64,000 nt of DNA, from contig CAWKKR010000008.1 in NCBI GenBank assembly GCA_963850305.1, positions 1,824,001-1,888,000 on the forward strand, read 5' to 3'. The notes beneath the pieces are model-generated. The model saw only the letters and a list, made by a program, of their open reading frames with translations, made no database searches and was not told the DNA's origin. The position numbers and the translations under genes are program-made. Below, in pieces: positions 51,672 through 61,843 of the stretch (position 1 is its first letter; each line of letters opens with the position of its first letter). Source of the DNA: an uncultured delta proteobacterium (GTDB taxonomy: Bacteria > Myxococcota_A > Polyangia > Polyangiales > Polyangiaceae).

Positions 51672-53081
51672 CTAATCGGAGCGAGAGCGGCGTTCGAAGG
51701 CGGCGAAACCGGCTCTCACGAGAGAAAAAAGGACGATGAGGATGCACCAATCGAGAGAGAGCCGCGCCAACAGCAAGTGTCGGTTCAGCGTGCGGAGACC
51801 GTCTCCGATGACCGCGACGGCAATTTGCGTCGTGAACAATCCGAGCAGGTAAGCAACGACGCCGACGAGCGCGCCGGCACGGCGGCGCGCGATCGCCGCG
51901 CCGATCCAGACGAGGCCGGTCGTGAACCATGCCCAGACTTGCCAGGGTTGCCGGACGAGAAGGTGGCGGAACGGGCCGAATTGCCAGGGGGCGGACCGCA
52001 CCCATGGGAAAGCATGCGGTCCGACGGTCGTGTAGTCGTGGGCCGTGTTCGTGAATGGCATGGCAAGCACTTCACCCACCCGCCCGATGGCAAAGCGCAC
52101 CGCGTGTGGGTCATGGAGGTAGCGCACGGCGATCCGGCCGAAAGAAACTTTTCGTGCGACCCGGAGCTCGTCCTCGTCGACATCGAACACGGACTTGCCC
52201 TTGAGATAGGATTTTTCTCGCGGCACTCCGAGCGCCGCGAGGGTCGCGGCCGTGTCCTCGGATGCGACCGCGATGCCCATGAAGACGGAGTCGTGCCTGT
52301 TGTCGACCGGAGACCGATAGCCGGCGCCCCAGACGAAATAACAGGGGGCCAGCACGGCGACCCCTGCCATTGCGAAGATGAGCGCCCACGCGCTTCGGTT
52401 CGCGCGGGATGGCGAGCGCAGAACTGCAACGCCGACCGCCGCGGCAGCGACCATTCCCATCGGCGCGTAGGATTCCTTGGCGAACGCGGCCAGCGACGAA
52501 AATAGAATCACCGCGAGAGAGAGGCGCGCGCGTTGCCGCGGCGAGACCGCCGATGAGCCCTGACGAACCAACCACGCGACGACCCCGAGCGCTCCGATGA
52601 ACGCCACGGCGTCCGCGAAGAAGCTGTTGAAATAGAGGAGGTACCCCGGGTCGTTCAAAGTCCAGATGAGCAGGAGCCCGACGACCAGACCTTCGGGTGA
52701 AGCCCCGACGAACAGGGCTGCAGCGGCCCCGAGAAGGAGCCAATTTGCAGCTCCGACTTGTCGGAGGTCCATGAAGCCTCGCCGGGCGCTCCCAATCGGC
52801 ATGCCGCGGGCAACGACCGCAACCAGCGCCGGGCTCGACAGATGGCGCAGCGGGGGCTTCACGAGCGCAAACTCGGGTACGACGAACTTTTGCGAGGGGA
52901 GGGCGAGGTAGCGGATCCCCGCCGGTCTCATGACTCGCCAGAAGTCGCCGTTGTCCGGTAAGCCGACGATCGGGGGCCACAGCAGGCGCACGGCGTCGAG
53001 GACGAGCAGCAGAGCGCCGAGCGACAGCACGAGCGTCCGCAGCCTGCTTCGCCTTACTCCTCCGCGCTGCACGCTTCCCAC
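51672..53081 (-). CDS. Polytopic GT-C-like transferase candidate (DNGDF motif, WsfD-like), paralogue 1
   Basis: GLPDNGDFWRVM, YFNSFFAD, AK, GDG...RHL; many TMs. The WsfD resemblance is from recalled motifs and is unverified. Confidence 0.55.
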   Translation of the reverse strand: MGSVQRGGVRRSRLRTLVLSLGALLLVLDAVRLLWPPIVGLPDNGDFWRVMRPAGIRYLALPSQKFVVPEFALVKPPLRHLSSPALVAVVARGMPIGSARRGFMDLRQVGAANWLLLGAAAALFVGASPEGLVVGLLLIWTLNDPGYLLYFNSFFADAVAFIGALGVVAWLVRQGSSAVSPRQRARLSLAVILFSSLAAFAKESYAPMGMVAAAAVGVAVLRSPSRANRSAWALIFAMAGVAVLAPCYFVWGAGYRSPVDNRHDSVFMGIAVASEDTAATLAALGVPREKSYLKGKSVFDVDEDELRVARKVSFGRIAVRYLHDPHAVRFAIGRVGEVLAMPFTNTAHDYTTVGPHAFPWVRSAPWQFGPFRHLLVRQPWQVWAWFTTGLVWIGAAIARRRAGALVGVVAYLLGLFTTQIAVAVIGDGLRTLNRHLLLARLSLDWCILIVLFSLVRAGFAAFERRSRSD

Positions 53082-53097
53082 TCGAGCGGCATCGGGT

Positions 53098-54132
53098 TCA
53101 GTTCTCGCTCGTCATCGGTCGACGCGCGGTGGCACGCGCCGGCATCCGGGGGCCGCGGACCAGCGTGTTCAGCAAGCCTGCCGCATACGCGACATGGGTC
53201 ACGAGAAACAACGGAGGCAGCGCGAACAGCCACGAGAGCCGCCGCCGCCGGACGACGATGACGGCCGCAGCGACGACGCTTCCGAGCGCATAGACGAAGA
53301 TCGGCGCCCAGGCGAGTCGAGTGAGCGCCGCCGAGAGGGGCAGCGTCAGCAGATAGAGGAGCAGCAGAACAGGCACGAAGTAAGCTGCGTGGAACGTCCG
53401 TGGCGCGCTCCGCAGGGCGATGGCGCGACCCCTTCCGTAACGGACCATCTGCAGCGCGTAGTGACGGAGCGACGCTCGGCGATGGTGGTGGACCCACACG
53501 TCCGGCGAGTACCGGAGCTCGTGCCCCCGTGCGTCCGCGTCTCCCATGACCACGTTTTCTTCGCCCCCGAAGTGCAGCGGGAAACGGACTCCGCCGTCGA
53601 AGACGGAGCGCCGGATCGCGAGGTTGCACAGGATCAAGTGGCGCTCGTGCGCCGCGTGCGGCGATAGCTTCGTGTAGCGGCCTCGCGCGACCCCCGTGCC
53701 CCACGCGCTGGCGAGGATTTCGCCGGTGAGCTGAGCGAAGTCCGGATCCTCGGGGTGGGTGAGGTTCGGCCCGCCGACGATGCTCGCGTCCGGATACGCC
53801 GCGTAGACATCGAGGACGGCCGCGACCCCGCCCGGCGGCACCTCGACATCGTCGTCGAGAAAATAAAGGACCGGGGCGCGCGCCGCGGCGACACCATGGT
53901 TGCGGGCTTCGCTCGCGGACACCGGACCCGAACGCACCTTGTGGATGCGTTCGTCGCGCGCCGCGCACGCATCGACGCTGTCTTCCACGGCGCTGCTCGC
54001 GTCGTTCAGTACGACCACGACCTCGAGGTTCGGCTCGGTCTGCACGAGCAGGCTCTCGAGGCACCGCCGTAAGAGCGCGGGTCGAAAGTGCGCCACGACG
54101 ATCGCCGAGAGGCGGGGGGAACTATTCGACAA
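53098..54132 (-). CDS. Family 2 glycosyltransferase with C-terminal TMs
   Basis: CLESLLVQ, ARNHGV, YFLDDD, CNLAIRR, GEEN, QMVRYGRGR. Confidence 0.88.
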   Translation of the reverse strand: MSNSSPRLSAIVVAHFRPALLRRCLESLLVQTEPNLEVVVVLNDASSAVEDSVDACAARDERIHKVRSGPVSASEARNHGVAAARAPVLYFLDDDVEVPPGGVAAVLDVYAAYPDASIVGGPNLTHPEDPDFAQLTGEILASAWGTGVARGRYTKLSPHAAHERHLILCNLAIRRSVFDGGVRFPLHFGGEENVVMGDADARGHELRYSPDVWVHHHRRASLRHYALQMVRYGRGRAIALRSAPRTFHAAYFVPVLLLLYLLTLPLSAALTRLAWAPIFVYALGSVVAAAVIVVRRRRLSWLFALPPLFLVTHVAYAAGLLNTLVRGPRMPARATARRPMTSEN

Positions 54133-54225
54133 GGGTCATGCGGCTCGCGAGGATGCGCGCTCTCCGGAAGCGTAAGCGGCGCGTTCGGAAGCCGTCAAGG
54201 CGGCGGGCGAAGTCGATCGCGCGGA

Positions 54226-55404
54226 TCAGGGTGCGCGCCCGCGTCGATCGAGCCATCTACGCACGGCGGCCGTGCGGAACTCCGTGAGCCAGGCGATTCC
54301 GTACGCGTAAACGAGCACGCCGAGCCCGATGAGCGTCGCGGCGGCCGCGTGGCGATGGTCGGGGAGCCAGCGCCGCCGGCCTACGAGCCACGCTTCCGCG
54401 AAGACCACGACGGGGAATTGCGTCGCGTAGAGGGTGTAAGAGAAGGAGGCGAGACGGTCGCCCCATCGGGAGTACCTCGACGGACGCGACGGACCGGCGC
54501 TCGCGTCGAGCGTTTCGCCGCGCGCGACGAGCATCGCGAGAAAGAGCGCGGTCACGGCGCCGAGCACGAGATCCTCTGCGGATCGCGAGTGGAGGAGTCG
54601 CGAGCGCGACACCAGGGCGCCGGCGACGAACAGAGCCGTCGCGACGACCGCGCCCCGGTGATTTCGCAGGAGAGCCGGTCGCTTCGCGCGCATCACGACC
54701 ACGACGGCCCCCAGCGCCCACACGGCGAAGCACAGGCGGAGCAGTTCGCCGCCGAGCGTGAGAATGGCTCCACTGGCCGTCGCGAACAGCACGCGGACGA
54801 GGCGCCGCTCGTTGCCCGCGGCGGCTCGAAAGAGAAGCGGGAACAGTGCGTAAGACCAGAACTCGAGAGCGAGGGTCCAGAGGGGCGTGTTCGTTCCGAA
54901 CGCGCGCGTGAAGATGTCCTGCAAGAACGCCAGGTTTGCGAACAGTACCGGCAGCGTGAGCGTGGTCCGTACGTCGGGGACCCCGAGGTATCGCCCCGGA
55001 CCCTTCCCGCCGTAGATCCCGTGCACGCCGAAGAGCGAGAGACCGAGAGTGTCCCAGGCGAGCGTCAAGAGCAGGACGGGGACGAGCACGACGTACAGCC
55101 GAGTGACCCGTCGCATCGCGTACCGTGCCCAGGACCACGTGCCCCTCCGCGATGCCTCGACGACGGAGGTGCCGACGAGAAAGCCGCTGAGCACGAAGAA
55201 CACGATCACCGCCTGGTGGCTGAAGTTGGTCGCGAAATATACGGCTCGCGTCAGCGCGGAGTGTCTTCCGCCCCAATCGACGAAGCAGGCGCGTCTCACG
55301 TGGCCGATCAACACCGCGAGCGCGGCGAGCCCGCGCATCCAGTTCAGGGCATCGAGCGTGCTCGCGGGGATCGTCGACGCGGTCGCGCTTCGTGCGGCTC
55401 GCAT
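54226..55404 (-). CDS. Acyltransferase-3 (OafA-like) membrane O-acyltransferase
   Basis: LNWMRGLAALAVLIGH, VIVFFVLSGFL, RRVTRLY, LWTLALEFWSY, SYTLY. Confidence 0.88.
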   Translation of the reverse strand: MRAARSATASTIPASTLDALNWMRGLAALAVLIGHVRRACFVDWGGRHSALTRAVYFATNFSHQAVIVFFVLSGFLVGTSVVEASRRGTWSWARYAMRRVTRLYVVLVPVLLLTLAWDTLGLSLFGVHGIYGGKGPGRYLGVPDVRTTLTLPVLFANLAFLQDIFTRAFGTNTPLWTLALEFWSYALFPLLFRAAAGNERRLVRVLFATASGAILTLGGELLRLCFAVWALGAVVVVMRAKRPALLRNHRGAVVATALFVAGALVSRSRLLHSRSAEDLVLGAVTALFLAMLVARGETLDASAGPSRPSRYSRWGDRLASFSYTLYATQFPVVVFAEAWLVGRRRWLPDHRHAAAATLIGLGVLVYAYGIAWLTEFRTAAVRRWLDRRGRAP

Positions 55405-55471
55405 TGGGGGCCTACGGATCGCGCGGCGGGACCTTGGTCAAACCCACGCCTGATATTACAACGGTGCCGGG

Positions 55472-56680
55472 ATGACGCGGTTTCGCTCTCACGCCGTTCG
55501 CGCCGGGATACTTTTGATCGCCGGTCTCGGCGCGAGCGAGCTCTTGCTCCGTGCAGGGAGCGCCGTGAGTCCGACCTTGAACGCGGAGCTCGGGGGCCTG
55601 CCCGCGTGGCAGATTGCAGACCCCATCCTCGGCCACCGGCTTCGACCGCGATCGGGTGAAGCGGACGAGCGCGGATACCGGAACCGGGCTGCCGTTGCGA
55701 CGGCGGCGATCGTCGCCCTGGGGGATTCGATGACGTTCTGCCATTCGACGAGCATCGACCAGGCGTGGCCCGAGCGCGTCCAGGCGCTGACGGGGCTGTC
55801 GACCTACAATATGGGGGTTGGTGGTTACGGGCCCGCTCACTACGTCGTGCTCGTCCACGAAGCGCTCGCTCTGGCGCCAAAGGTCGTGCTCGTTGCACTC
55901 TACTCCGGCAACGACGTCGCGGACGCTTACACGATGGTCTACGAACGCGGGCGCCTTCCCGAGCTTCGGACCACCGACCCTGGTCGGCTCGCCGAGGTCG
56001 AGGAAGCCGCGCGGACGCGTCCACCAATCGACGCAAGCTGGCTCGAAACTCGCCGTCGACTCGACCTTGCCACGCCTTCGGTCGACCCTGGCATCAGACT
56101 CTTCGCGCTGTTTCGTTCGATCTGGACGCGGCTCCAGCCCTCGGGCGTTCCTCGTACATGGCCCGATTGGCGACGCCTCGCCGACCATTCGGATCCGAAC
56201 GTGGCGTTCGCCTTCGAGCTCGGTCGAGTACGCACGGTCCTCACCGCGCGAGACCACATGGCGCTGCTGGATCCGGGGGACCCGCGAGTTCTCGCGGGAG
56301 AGGACGTCACGTCCCTCGCGCTGAAACGCATCCATGACGAGCTGCCGAGCGGTACGCGGCTCGGCATCGTGCTCATTCCGACCAAGGAGCTGGTCTTCTA
56401 CGAGCTCGTCGCTGGACACGCGAATGTGCCGCCAGCGCTCGGAGGTTTGGTACGCGAGGAGACCGCGTTTTGGGACCGAATCCGGCTCGAAGGGGCGAAC
56501 CTGGGGGCGGACGTGATCGACGTCCTGCCGGCACTCCGGGGCATTCTTGCGAAGGGTGTGAACCCCTACCAGGAGAGCAGTGACGCACATCCTGCGGCTG
56601 CCGGCTACGAAGCCATCGCCGAGGCGGTCGCGTCGAGCCGGCTCATCTCCGCACTTCGGCCCGATCCGGAAGCCCGGTAG
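55472..56680 (+). CDS. Membrane-anchored SGNH/GDSL-family protein
   Basis: LGDSMT, NMGVGGYG, GND, DAHP; N-terminal TM. Confidence 0.82.
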   Translation: MTRFRSHAVRAGILLIAGLGASELLLRAGSAVSPTLNAELGGLPAWQIADPILGHRLRPRSGEADERGYRNRAAVATAAIVALGDSMTFCHSTSIDQAWPERVQALTGLSTYNMGVGGYGPAHYVVLVHEALALAPKVVLVALYSGNDVADAYTMVYERGRLPELRTTDPGRLAEVEEAARTRPPIDASWLETRRRLDLATPSVDPGIRLFALFRSIWTRLQPSGVPRTWPDWRRLADHSDPNVAFAFELGRVRTVLTARDHMALLDPGDPRVLAGEDVTSLALKRIHDELPSGTRLGIVLIPTKELVFYELVAGHANVPPALGGLVREETAFWDRIRLEGANLGADVIDVLPALRGILAKGVNPYQESSDAHPAAAGYEAIAEAVASSRLISALRPDPEAR

Positions 56681-56683
56681 CCC

Positions 56684-57597
56684 TCATCGGGATGGGAGTG
56701 GCTCGAGCCACCGTGACAGGTCCCTATCGAGAAATGTTGCGAGCTTCCCGATCTCCTCGCGACGCTCGTCGACGAGCCGCCGCCGAAGTCGCGGGTCGAG
56801 CCGAGGCCGATGGCGATTCCAGCTCAGTTCCCGGTCGATGAGGAATCGACGCACTCGAATCGGGGACGAATGGGCGGAGCACCTCCTTCAACGGGTTGCG
56901 CGCGCGCACGAAGGTACTCAGCGCTCGGACGCGCGGAACGCTGCTCACGTTGTAGCGCCGCGAGACGTCCGGGACGAAGGTGTCGTCGACGCCGAGAAAG
57001 CGGAAGACGTCGCGAATGAACCCGAGCCGGTCCATCTCGAAGTCGTCATGGAGATAGACTCGGAGCTGTTCTCGAATCGAAGACGCGATGAAAGCGCTCG
57101 AGCTGCCGCTGGTAGCGCCCGAGCTCCGCGTAGTGCCAGAAGGGGCCCCATCCACGTGCGATGCGCGCGGGTTCGGCGCGCAAGGCTTCGTCGAAATCGG
57201 AGAGAGGCTCTGCGCCCAGATAGCGCTGATGCAAGAAGTTCGAGTACGCGCGGTCGACCGGGTTTCTGAGTATGGCAATCAGCTTGGCCCCCGGCACATG
57301 ACGGCGAATGCCGTCTTCGGCACCCGGCGTGTAAAGATAGAGGGTCGACGCTTCTCCGATGGCCCGCTCCCGGCTCGCCGAGGCGAAGAGCTCTTCGTAC
57401 TTCGTGACGCTCGTCACGAGTCTCTTCGCGTAGAGGGGATCGGTGGGTCCCGTGTAGGTCGGAACCGCGTGCGACAGGAGAAATCGGGGTTCCTTTTCGC
57501 GCGGCATGAATACGTCTGGGTGCTGGGAAAGATAGCGATAGAGCGCCGTCGTTCCGCACTTCGGTGGTCCGATGATGAGAAAATTAGGCAGCGTCAT
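56684..57597 (-). CDS. PAPS-dependent sulfotransferase; two extra bases (~57075, ~56858)
   Basis: PNFLIIGPPKCGTTALY, KEPRF, GEASTLY, LRNPVDRAYS. Repaired frames give FD|REQL...FRFLGVD and PD|RVRR...LDRDLSRW, with the stop at 56684. Confidence 0.85.
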
Positions 57598-58538
57598 CGC
57601 GTTACGTCGTCCGCGTTGGAGCCGATGTCCGGGATCGCTTCGCGCGAGCTGCCGTAGCCGAATCGTTCGAGCCCTGCGGCATGTAGCCGATCGGTGAGCC
57701 ACTTCACGTCCGCGGGGTTCAGGTAGTCTCCGAAGCCACCGACTTTTCCACGGCGCACCTTGAATGACTCCGGATCGTTCGGAACCGCGGCGCGCAACCG
57801 GTGGCTGGCGAGGGCGTCGGCTGCTTCCAGGTTGCGCATGTTGTCGAAGGAGGCATACGCTACGGCTTCTTCCAACGTCGTGTCGGCCATGTCGCCGAAG
57901 CCCAGAAAGTCGACGACCTTGCGAAGTTCCGTCCGGGCGTCGCGCGCCATGTCTTCGTAGCGTACGAGGTGGAGCTGGGCGGGCGCGGTGAGGTTTCGAG
58001 CCCAGATGCGGTGAAACTCGAGAATCGTATCGTATCCTCCAGCGCAATCTCGCATGAAGTCCGGGAGAGTCTGCTCCCGCCGCTCCCGCCGGGTGACGTG
58101 GAAGTACCTCGAGACCAGCACGTCCCGCGGATCTCGGACGAGCAGAACGACTCGCTTCCGCCGGTAGCGGCGCCGATCTTGTCGCAGATCGCCGGGCCGC
58201 GAGCGGCTGGTGACGTCATCGTGAGTCACGAGAATGCGCGGCATTCGGCGATCGAGATCGGCGAACTGTTCGAGCTCGAGCGGACTCGAAGGAGAGAGCC
58301 CGAAGTGGAGCTCGAGCGCGCGACCCACGAGCATTCGGAGCCAGGTGCGTCCCGCCTTCGGATAAGATACGAGACACACGTCTGCCCGCTCGAAACGCAT
58401 CCAGCGTCGCGCGTCGATCCAAAGGAGGTTCAGCGGCGTACCGATGCGAGGAGGCAGCGCTTCCAGGATGCGCCGGCGGGTCGCTGCGGAAGGGAACATC
58501 TTTCCGATGTTGGTTCCCCTGCGCGGGGAATGACTCAT
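57594..58538 (-). CDS. Sulfotransferase (cytosolic SULT-like motifs)
   Basis: SYPKAGRTWLR (5'-PSB), RDPRDVLVS (3'-PB), RYEDM, RRGKVGGF. Start uncertain; ATGA-coupled to the next sulfotransferase. Confidence 0.88.
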   Translation of the reverse strand: MSHSPRRGTNIGKMFPSAATRRRILEALPPRIGTPLNLLWIDARRWMRFERADVCLVSYPKAGRTWLRMLVGRALELHFGLSPSSPLELEQFADLDRRMPRILVTHDDVTSRSRPGDLRQDRRRYRRKRVVLLVRDPRDVLVSRYFHVTRRERREQTLPDFMRDCAGGYDTILEFHRIWARNLTAPAQLHLVRYEDMARDARTELRKVVDFLGFGDMADTTLEEAVAYASFDNMRNLEAADALASHRLRAAVPNDPESFKVRRGKVGGFGDYLNPADVKWLTDRLHAAGLERFGYGSSREAIPDIGSNADDVTR

Positions 58539-58567
58539 CGACCGCCGACGCAGTATCATGCGCGCCG

Positions 58568-59710
58568 ATGAGCGGCAATCCCGCGCCTTCGCCTGGATCG
58601 TCGCGTCAGCTCGCATGCGCGGTCGTGCTGCCTTACGTGGCGCAGAGGATTTTCCTGGGCTGCGTCGCGATCGTTGCGATGGAGTTCGTCCCGGAAAAGC
58701 GAGGTTTTCATGCGCTCCCGCACCTTGCGGGGCTCGATGCATGGATCCGCTGGGACAGCGAGTACTACATCACGATTGCGGAGCACGGGTACGGCATGCA
58801 CGGTGCCGTGAACCCGAACGCGTTTTTTCCATTTTATCCCGCACTCTCCGCGCTGGTAGGGAAGATTGTACCGGTGCCGATCGCCGCGTGGCTCGTCGCG
58901 AATCTCGCCGCCGTCACCGCGATATGCCTCCTGTACTTGCTGGCGCGCGATCTGGAGGGCGCGGTCGTGGCGCGTCGCGCGGCGCTCATGGCGATCGTAT
59001 TTCCGACTTCGTACTTCTTGAGCTCGGTCTACGCCGAGTCGACGTACCTGGCGCTCGCCATCGGCGCGATCCTTTTGGCTTCGCGCGGCCGGCAAGTGCT
59101 CGCGGCGGCGCTGGTCTTTTTGGCGTGCCTCTCGCGGCCTCAGGGTTTTCTCTGCCTCACCATTCCTTTCGCGGCGGGTTGGCTCATACGCAGCCGAAAG
59201 GCGAAGGAATTGCCGTGGTTCGTGCTCGCCGCCGGGCCTGCGGCGCTGGCGCTGCTCTTGATCTATCGCTCGTACACGGGGGATGCGTTCGCGTTCCTTC
59301 ACTCCGGGACCGTCCAGAGTCTCGGCGCGTTTCGCGACAAGGGCATTCTTCGTCCCCCATCGAAGTGGGCAGTGCTGTTGGATGAGGGACTCGGTCCGAA
59401 CCTGATTCGGCGACTCCTGAACTGGAGCGCGCTCGGCCTCGTAGCCGTCGGAGCCCTGGATTTTTTTCGTCGAAGGAACTGGGAGATGGCCCTCATATCC
59501 ACCTTCGCGATGGGTATCCCGCTCTTCTTCCATCACACGTTCTTCGACGCGGCGTCGATGGCGCGTTACGCGCTACTGGCGTTTCCGATCTTCATCTCGC
59601 TCGGACGCTGGACGCGAAGAAGCAGCACCGCCTGGATCGTGGACACGGGTTTCATGATGCTTCAGACCGTACTCTTCGCGCTTTTCGCGTGCTGGTACTG
59701 GGTGGAGTGA
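58568..59710 (+). CDS. PIG-V/GT76-like polyprenyl-phosphate-sugar transferase
   Basis: RWDSEYYITIAEHGY, AFFPFYP, YAES, SRPQG, SMARY. Confidence 0.8.
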   Translation: MSGNPAPSPGSSRQLACAVVLPYVAQRIFLGCVAIVAMEFVPEKRGFHALPHLAGLDAWIRWDSEYYITIAEHGYGMHGAVNPNAFFPFYPALSALVGKIVPVPIAAWLVANLAAVTAICLLYLLARDLEGAVVARRAALMAIVFPTSYFLSSVYAESTYLALAIGAILLASRGRQVLAAALVFLACLSRPQGFLCLTIPFAAGWLIRSRKAKELPWFVLAAGPAALALLLIYRSYTGDAFAFLHSGTVQSLGAFRDKGILRPPSKWAVLLDEGLGPNLIRRLLNWSALGLVAVGALDFFRRRNWEMALISTFAMGIPLFFHHTFFDAASMARYALLAFPIFISLGRWTRRSSTAWIVDTGFMMLQTVLFALFACWYWVE

Positions 59711-60366
59711 CCGTGGCCAAGACGCGTGGAGACCATCATGCTCTGCTGCTCGCCGCGCTGGTCGGCGTGGGCCTGTCCGCGTGTGACGTCCCTCCGGATC
59801 CGACTCCACTGCTCGAACCCACGTACTTCCCGACGAAGAATCTGACTCTCGTCGCGCTGAACCTTCGCACGCTCGCCGCAATCCGCACGTCGGACGGAGA
59901 GACTCTCTGGACGTACCATCCTCCCGGGACGCCCCAGAAATCCGCAGTCGCGCGTCGCCCGGCGTATCTCACGTGCCCGCCAAAGCTCGCCCGGAACGAC
60001 ACGCTTCTGATCGCCTACACGGATCGATTCGCCGTCGTCGAGGCCGACACGGGCCTCGAACGCTGGACGTTTCGTTACCGGCGTCGCGGTGAGAGGACGC
60101 TGTGCCCCGCCATTGCCGCGGATTCCGGCGTCCTCTTTTTCGTTCCGAGCGAGTATGGTGATCGCACCGAGCTCACCAAGCTAGGCGTCGGCGGCGCCAT
60201 GCGATGGACCACCAAGCTGCCGGACATCGGACCCGTAGCCGGTGCACCCCTGGTGAACCAGGACACCGGAGACATCGTCGTGTTTGCCCGCAAGCAGCTG
60301 GTCGACCTGAGCCCGGAAGGGCTCGTCAACTGGGTGCATGATCGTCCGGCGTCGGCCGGGCCGTAG
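59707..60366 (+). CDS. Lipoprotein with PQQ-type beta-propeller repeats
   Basis: Lipobox LSAC; repeats DGETLW, TGLERW, GAMRW, EGLVNW; GTGA-coupled start. Confidence 0.7.
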   Translation: MTVAKTRGDHHALLLAALVGVGLSACDVPPDPTPLLEPTYFPTKNLTLVALNLRTLAAIRTSDGETLWTYHPPGTPQKSAVARRPAYLTCPPKLARNDTLLIAYTDRFAVVEADTGLERWTFRYRRRGERTLCPAIAADSGVLFFVPSEYGDRTELTKLGVGGAMRWTTKLPDIGPVAGAPLVNQDTGDIVVFARKQLVDLSPEGLVNWVHDRPASAGP

Positions 60367-61843
60367 TGCTTTGCGCGTCGAGCGCTCGCTCCGTTGCCCA
60401 GCGGACGAGCGCGACGAGGAGGATGATCGTCAACGAGTCGAGGGAGAAGCGCGCGAGCAGAAGATGTCGCCCAAGGGCGAAAAAGCCATCTCCCAGCACC
60501 GAGACGACGATCTGGGTCAGGATGACCAGGACGAGATACGCCGCTACCATGACCAGCGGATCCGATCGCCGGCGCGCCATGGCGCGGGCGGTCCACCCGA
60601 TACCGAGCGCGATCCACGTCCACACTTGCCATTCGCCTCCGAGCAGACACGGACGCATCGCATCCCAGGCCGGCACTAGGGAAGGGGGGCCTTGCCCCCC
60701 GCGGCTCGCTTCGCGACCGCTCCCCCCGCCGCCTTCGGCGTCAGCGCTGGCGCGATGCTCTGGGCGCGACGTGTGCGTGCGTGCGAGCGCGTGACCTGCG
60801 CGAACGGCCGCCCGAAACATGGCGCCCGGCTCCTCGAGATAACGCAGCGCCACCGACGTCGGAGCGATATCGCGGGTCGTATCGCGATCCGCTTCGGTGA
60901 CTCGCTCGTCGAACGAAGAGGTTCCGACGAGCCTACGCCGGTCGCGGGGCACCCCGAGGGCTCCGAGGACGGCGCGCGGATTCTTCGAGACCTCCGCGAT
61001 GCCGGCGTACACCGAGTCGTAACGGTTGATGCGCGGGAAGCGATGGCCGCCGCCCCAGCGAAAGTAGATGGGGGCGAGAACGGCAATGGCCGCCAGCGCG
61101 AGCAACAACGCTCGCGCTCCCCGTGTTCGATGCGCGCCCGTGCGACGCAGCGCTCCCAACACGGCGAGCGTGGCGACGATTCCGATGGGCGAGTAAGAGG
61201 CCTTGGAAAAGGCAACGAGGGCAGTGAAGAACGACAGCGCGACGGCTGCGACGGCGCTGCTCGAACAGGACCGTTTCGCCGCGACGCTCTGACGGAGTAA
61301 CCACGACACGATTCCGAACGAACCAACCAACGCGACCGCGTCCGCGTAGAAGCTGTTGAACAACAGGAGATACCGAGGGTCACTGAGAACCCACAAGAGC
61401 AGCACTCCGGTCGACAGGAGGACGGTCGGCGTGCCCGCCAGCATCGCAAACGCGCCGCAGAGCAGGAGTAGCTGAGCTATCCCCATCTGACGCAAATCCA
61501 TCACGCCTGAGCCAAGCGCGCCGAAGTCGAGCCCCCGTGCCGCCCACGCGATCAGTGCCGGGCTCGAGGGGTGCCTTGCCAGATGCGATTCCGTCGTGGT
61601 GAAGCGCGACTCGACGAATGCGCGGCTCCTCGTGGCGCCACCCTCGAGGTGGCGAATTCCAGCGGGATGCATCACCCGCCAGAAATCTCCGTTGTCTGGA
61701 ACGCCGCGGACGGGGCTCTGCGCCAGCAAGCGCGCGTCGAGCAGCAGGAGGAGCACCCCGACGACGAGCATTACCCGGCGAAAGCGCTCCACGAGTACCT
61801 TGCGGTCGGACGCGCGATGTCCTTCGCGTTCGGGGCTCATCAC
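60326..61843 (-). CDS. Polytopic GT-C-like transferase candidate (DNGDF motif), paralogue 2, carrying an in-frame palindromic repeat
   Basis: GVPDNGDFWRVMHPAGI, MDLRQMG, FNSFYADAVA, WQVW, GDG...RHLLLARFSLD; collinear with 51672-53081. Confidence 0.6.
   Translation of the reverse strand: MMSPEREGHRASDRKVLVERFRRVMLVVGVLLLLLDARLLAQSPVRGVPDNGDFWRVMHPAGIRHLEGGATRSRAFVESRFTTTESHLARHPSSPALIAWAARGLDFGALGSGVMDLRQMGIAQLLLLCGAFAMLAGTPTVLLSTGVLLLWVLSDPRYLLLFNSFYADAVALVGSFGIVSWLLRQSVAAKRSCSSSAVAAVALSFFTALVAFSKASYSPIGIVATLAVLGALRRTGAHRTRGARALLLALAAIAVLAPIYFRWGGGHRFPRINRYDSVYAGIAEVSKNPRAVLGALGVPRDRRRLVGTSSFDERVTEADRDTTRDIAPTSVALRYLEEPGAMFRAAVRAGHALARTHTSRPEHRASADAEGGGGSGREASRGGQGPPSLVPAWDAMRPCLLGGEWQVWTWIALGIGWTARAMARRRSDPLVMVAAYLVLVILTQIVVSVLGDGFFALGRHLLLARFSLDSLTIILLVALVRWATERALDAQSTTARPTPDDHAPS
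60682..60740. repeat. Solitary copy of the rpmE-prfA A unit inside a CDS
   Basis: AAGGGGGGCCTTGCCCCCCGCGGCTCGCTTCGCGACCGCTCCCCCCGCCGCCTTCGGCG is near-identical to 10142-10199. Confidence 0.9.
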
